Assembly: GCA_963772835.1 (NCBI GenBank)
Contig: CAVYYZ010000012.1
Span: 96,001-160,000, forward strand
Origin: an uncultured delta proteobacterium
Lineage (GTDB): Bacteria > Desulfobacterota > Desulfuromonadia > Geobacterales > Pseudopelobacteraceae
Length of the DNA: 64,000 nucleotides
Direction: 5' to 3'
Shown here: piece after piece, positions 61,131-64,000 of the stretch
How the letters are laid out: each line of letters starts with the position of its first letter
Numbering within the stretch: position 1 is the first letter of the stretch
Made by a program: the position numbers and the translations under genes
The notes under the pieces: model-generated
What the model was told of the DNA's origin: nothing
Seen by the model: the letters and a program-made list of their open reading frames with translations, nothing else
The model's database searches: none

Positions 61131-61535
61131 ATGACTATTCAGGAGCAGATCCGGCAGTTCCTCACTTCTCCCGCTTTCGGGGTGGTCGGCGCATCAAGCA
61201 ACCGCGAAAAATACGGCAACAAGGTGTTACGCTGCTATCAGCAGAATGGCAAAAAGGTCATTCCCGTCAATCCCAATGAAGCGGTAATCGAAGGAATCGC
61301 CTGCGTAGCCACGATCAGTGACTTGTCGCCAGATGTTAAAAGTATATCAATGATCACCCCACCTGCTGTCACCGCGCGGCTGGTGCCGCTGGCAATCGAA
61401 AAAGGAATCAAAAACATCTGGATGCAGCCTGGAGCCGAGCATCCCGATGCGGTGTCACTCTGTCGCGAACGGGGGATCAACGTCATCGCCGACGGCAGCT
61501 GCCTGTTGGTCGTTATGGGATATCATGAACACTGA
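61131..61535 (+). CDS. CoA-binding protein (YccU-like)
   Basis: VVGAS...KYG, PVNP, IWMQPGAE, CLLV. Confidence 0.88.
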   Translation: MTIQEQIRQFLTSPAFGVVGASSNREKYGNKVLRCYQQNGKKVIPVNPNEAVIEGIACVATISDLSPDVKSISMITPPAVTARLVPLAIEKGIKNIWMQPGAEHPDAVSLCRERGINVIADGSCLLVVMGYHEH

Positions 61536-61686
61536 CCCGCCGTGCAGTGTTTGAACGGACAACCTGACCCTGTTTTTAGTTTTTGGCGATTTTATCATTT
61601 ATATAATAACTGTTTAGCAACTGCTTCCCTTCTCCGTCATATTAATCCCAACAGAAATACTTTATAATATTTAATATAATAATATC

Positions 61687-61734
61687 GGGAGATTGCAATA
61701 CATTTTATTATAAAAAATTGTTTTGCAATCTCCC
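61687..61734. promoter_or_regulatory. 12-bp inverted repeat around an AT-rich core upstream of the roadblock genes
   Basis: GGGAGATTGCAA-N24-TTGCAATCTCCC. Confidence 0.5.
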
Positions 61735-61802
61735 CGAATATGTTTTATTGTCCTTTCAGAGACGATAAATATGCATCAAATGAGTTAACTGGCAGGTACG
61801 GT

Positions 61803-62519
61803 ATGGCACAACCGGCATTACAAGCGGAACAGCATGGATTTGTCGGTGCGGTCAGCGGATTGTCGCTGGCTGATATCATTCAAGTCAAAGGCGGCAACCG
61901 ATATTCGGGGTGCCTGGTTGTAGAGCACATGAATAAAAGCGGAGTTGTTTATTTCCGCGATGGGGAAATTATCCATGCCGAACAGGATTCCCTTGATGGA
62001 GAAGAGGCATTCTACGTTGTTATGGCGTGGGCCGGGGGGTCGTTCCGGAGCGAGCCGAAGCTCTCCACTACCAGCCGGACTATCGACCAATCGTTAGGGT
62101 TTCTGATTCTTGAGGCGCTCCGCCGCATGGATGAGGCAAAAAAACGTTCGCAACAGAGAGAAGGAGCTGAAGCCGTTCCTTCCAGGGAGGATGCAGGTAT
62201 GAGTGATATCAGTACAAAACTTTCTGTCATTCCGGAAATTGAGAAGGCGCTCATTATGACAAAAGACGGGGTCGTCGTTGATGACACTTCATATCAGGCC
62301 GAGCTTCTCGGGGCCAACGGACTTTTTTTGGCTCTTTTTTCGGAGCAGATCGGGTCTCAGTTCGGCGTCGGTGGATTCAAAGCTTCTACGGTACATGGCA
62401 CCGAGCACCATCTGTTCCTTTTCGATTCCAAACGGCACCATCTCTGCATTACGGCTAAAGGGAGCGCCAATGTAAATTCGCTTGATTCAGAGATCCGTCG
62501 AGTAATAGGCCAGAAATAG
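61803..62519 (+). CDS. DUF4388 (PatA-N-like) domain fused to a roadblock/LC7-like domain
   Basis: G.V.GLSL.DIIQ...SG.L.V...G.VYF.DGEIIHA...GEEAFY......GSF; LILEA.RR.DE; C-terminal roadblock-like alpha/beta pattern. Confidence 0.75.
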   Translation: MAQPALQAEQHGFVGAVSGLSLADIIQVKGGNRYSGCLVVEHMNKSGVVYFRDGEIIHAEQDSLDGEEAFYVVMAWAGGSFRSEPKLSTTSRTIDQSLGFLILEALRRMDEAKKRSQQREGAEAVPSREDAGMSDISTKLSVIPEIEKALIMTKDGVVVDDTSYQAELLGANGLFLALFSEQIGSQFGVGGFKASTVHGTEHHLFLFDSKRHHLCITAKGSANVNSLDSEIRRVIGQK

Positions 62520-62530
62520 GGGGAATATAG

Positions 62531-63304
62531 ATGCAGTCAATTATGCTTGGTTTGACCTCTGTTCCGGGAATAATGGGTGGTATGATCTCCGATGAGCGGG
62601 GAAATGTTTTAGCCCACTCTTTTCCCGCGTACTTTGACGCAGGGAATCTCAAAAGTGCTGCCGAACTGCTCCAGGATAATACTGTCGGCCTTCAGGACGT
62701 CACCGGTGGGGTAAAACTCTTTGATATCCGCTTTGAACTGGGTCGTCTTATCATCAAGACTCTTCCCAATATGTTTATTGTCATACTCTGCCAGCCGACG
62801 GTAAACATTCAACTCCTGTATATTTCACTGAATGTTGCTATTAAAAAACTTGAGAAACTTTCTGTTGACCAGCTTTTGGCCCAACCGGCCAAGCAGGCGA
62901 CTCCACAGATTCAGCCCCCGCAAGCGGTCGTCGCAGCCCCGCGGCCTGTCAGTACCGCACCGGACCGCTATCGTGCAGTGCCAGAAGGGAAAGGGATTCT
63001 GCTGACCTGTGAAACCATGAAAGATGCTGAAGTTTTTTTTGGTGTCGATTCCGCTAGCGTCAACAAGAACACCATACGAGCAATCAGTGAATATTTCGAA
63101 ACCGATCCGGTCAAGAAACTGACCATTACCAACCTTGCGAACGGAACCAAGAAAACCGTCCCCGTTTCAGTATTGCCGCATGACCGGGACGGCGTGTATG
63201 ACGGGAAGATATCCCCGTCTAAGTCTTTGTATGAATCGCTCCGCGTCAAAGAGGGAGACCAGGTACGTGTCGAAATTGCCACTGGCGGCAGATTCTTCGG
63301 ATAG
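62531..63304 (+). CDS. Roadblock/LC7 (MglB-like) domain, P/Q/A linker and small C-terminal beta domain
   Basis: L..VPGI.G..I.D..G..LA..P pattern; C-terminal L.VKEGD.VRV. Confidence 0.7.
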   Translation: MQSIMLGLTSVPGIMGGMISDERGNVLAHSFPAYFDAGNLKSAAELLQDNTVGLQDVTGGVKLFDIRFELGRLIIKTLPNMFIVILCQPTVNIQLLYISLNVAIKKLEKLSVDQLLAQPAKQATPQIQPPQAVVAAPRPVSTAPDRYRAVPEGKGILLTCETMKDAEVFFGVDSASVNKNTIRAISEYFETDPVKKLTITNLANGTKKTVPVSVLPHDRDGVYDGKISPSKSLYESLRVKEGDQVRVEIATGGRFFG

Positions 63305-63437
63305 AACGTATTTGACATTATTTTCGTGTGCGTCCAGTAAATGCTTGCCAGATCAAAGAAAAGCTGACATAGTACCAAATTATCGACGGGCAGCAATGCC
63401 CGTCTTTTTATTTTGCGGAATTGAGGAGTTTTACACC

Positions 63438-64000
63438 ATGCAGGAACGAATCAGAAATATCGCCATTATTGCCCACGTCGACCATGGCAAAACCACGTTG
63501 GTAGACGCCATGCTGAAGCACGCCGGAGTGTATCGCGCCAATGAAACTATTACCGAACGGGTCATGGACTCGAACGACCTGGAAAAAGAGCGTGGTATCA
63601 CCATCCTGGCCAAGAGTCTCTCGATTCACCACGGCCCATACAAAATCAATATCGTTGACACTCCAGGTCACGCCGACTTCGGCGGAGAAGTGGAACGGGT
63701 ACTCAAGATGGTCGACTCCGTGCTTCTGCTGGTTGACGCTCTGGACGGCCCAATGCCGCAGACCCGCTTCGTTCTGAAAAAATCGCTTGACCTGAACCTG
63801 AAGCCGATTGTCGTCATCAACAAGATCGACCGCCCCGGCAGCCGGCCGGACGAAGTGCTCAACATGGTTTTCGATCTGTTTTGCGAACTGAACGCATCCG
63901 ACGATCAGCTCGACTTTCCGGTGGTTTATACCAGCGCCAAACTGGGCTACGCCAAGCTGGATATCAACATCGAATCAACCAACCTTGAGCCGCTCTTTGC
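63438..64000 (+). CDS. typA: Translational GTPase TypA/BipA (5' part; runs off the window)
   Basis: Manual translation [23 protein letters not shown]...[17 protein letters not shown]...[14 protein letters not shown]...NKID. Confidence 0.96.
   Translation, partial: MQERIRNIAIIAHVDHGKTTLVDAMLKHAGVYRANETITERVMDSNDLEKERGITILAKSLSIHHGPYKINIVDTPGHADFGGEVERVLKMVDSVLLLVDALDGPMPQTRFVLKKSLDLNLKPIVVINKIDRPGSRPDEVLNMVFDLFCELNASDDQLDFPVVYTSAKLGYAKLDINIESTNLEPLF

Overview
This is a chromosomal window from an anaerobic deltaproteobacterium, most likely Geobacteraceae/Desulfuromonadia (inferred from the PpcA-, CbcL- and ImcH-like cytochromes and from gene order). Most of it is housekeeping: dksA, tol-pal, coaBC, trxB, ilvA, def, tetR-acrAB-oprM efflux, mlaEFD-tolC-mlaC, csp, argC, rplM-rpsI, gatCAB, cheY-cheA, two lolA-like genes, yajQ, rimO, a sigma54-type two-component pair, proA and the 5' part of typA. 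Three parts stand out. (1) A ~14.6-kb respiratory island (8711-23329) holds two cytochrome c/Fe-S/NrfD modules, three c7-type periplasmic cytochromes, a CbcL-like and an ImcH-like protein, with 42 heme-binding motifs counted by eye. (2) An isolated CRISPR-like mini-array (two identical 37-bp repeats and one 37-bp spacer) lies between cheA and lolA, with no cas gene in the window. (3) A DUF4388-roadblock plus roadblock gene pair without an MglA GTPase lies upstream of typA. Smaller items: a rubredoxin missed by the ORF track, a near-duplicated promoter before ppcA and cbcL, two related inverted-repeat intergenic elements, and a TetR operator. All calls come from reading motifs by eye; no database searches were run.
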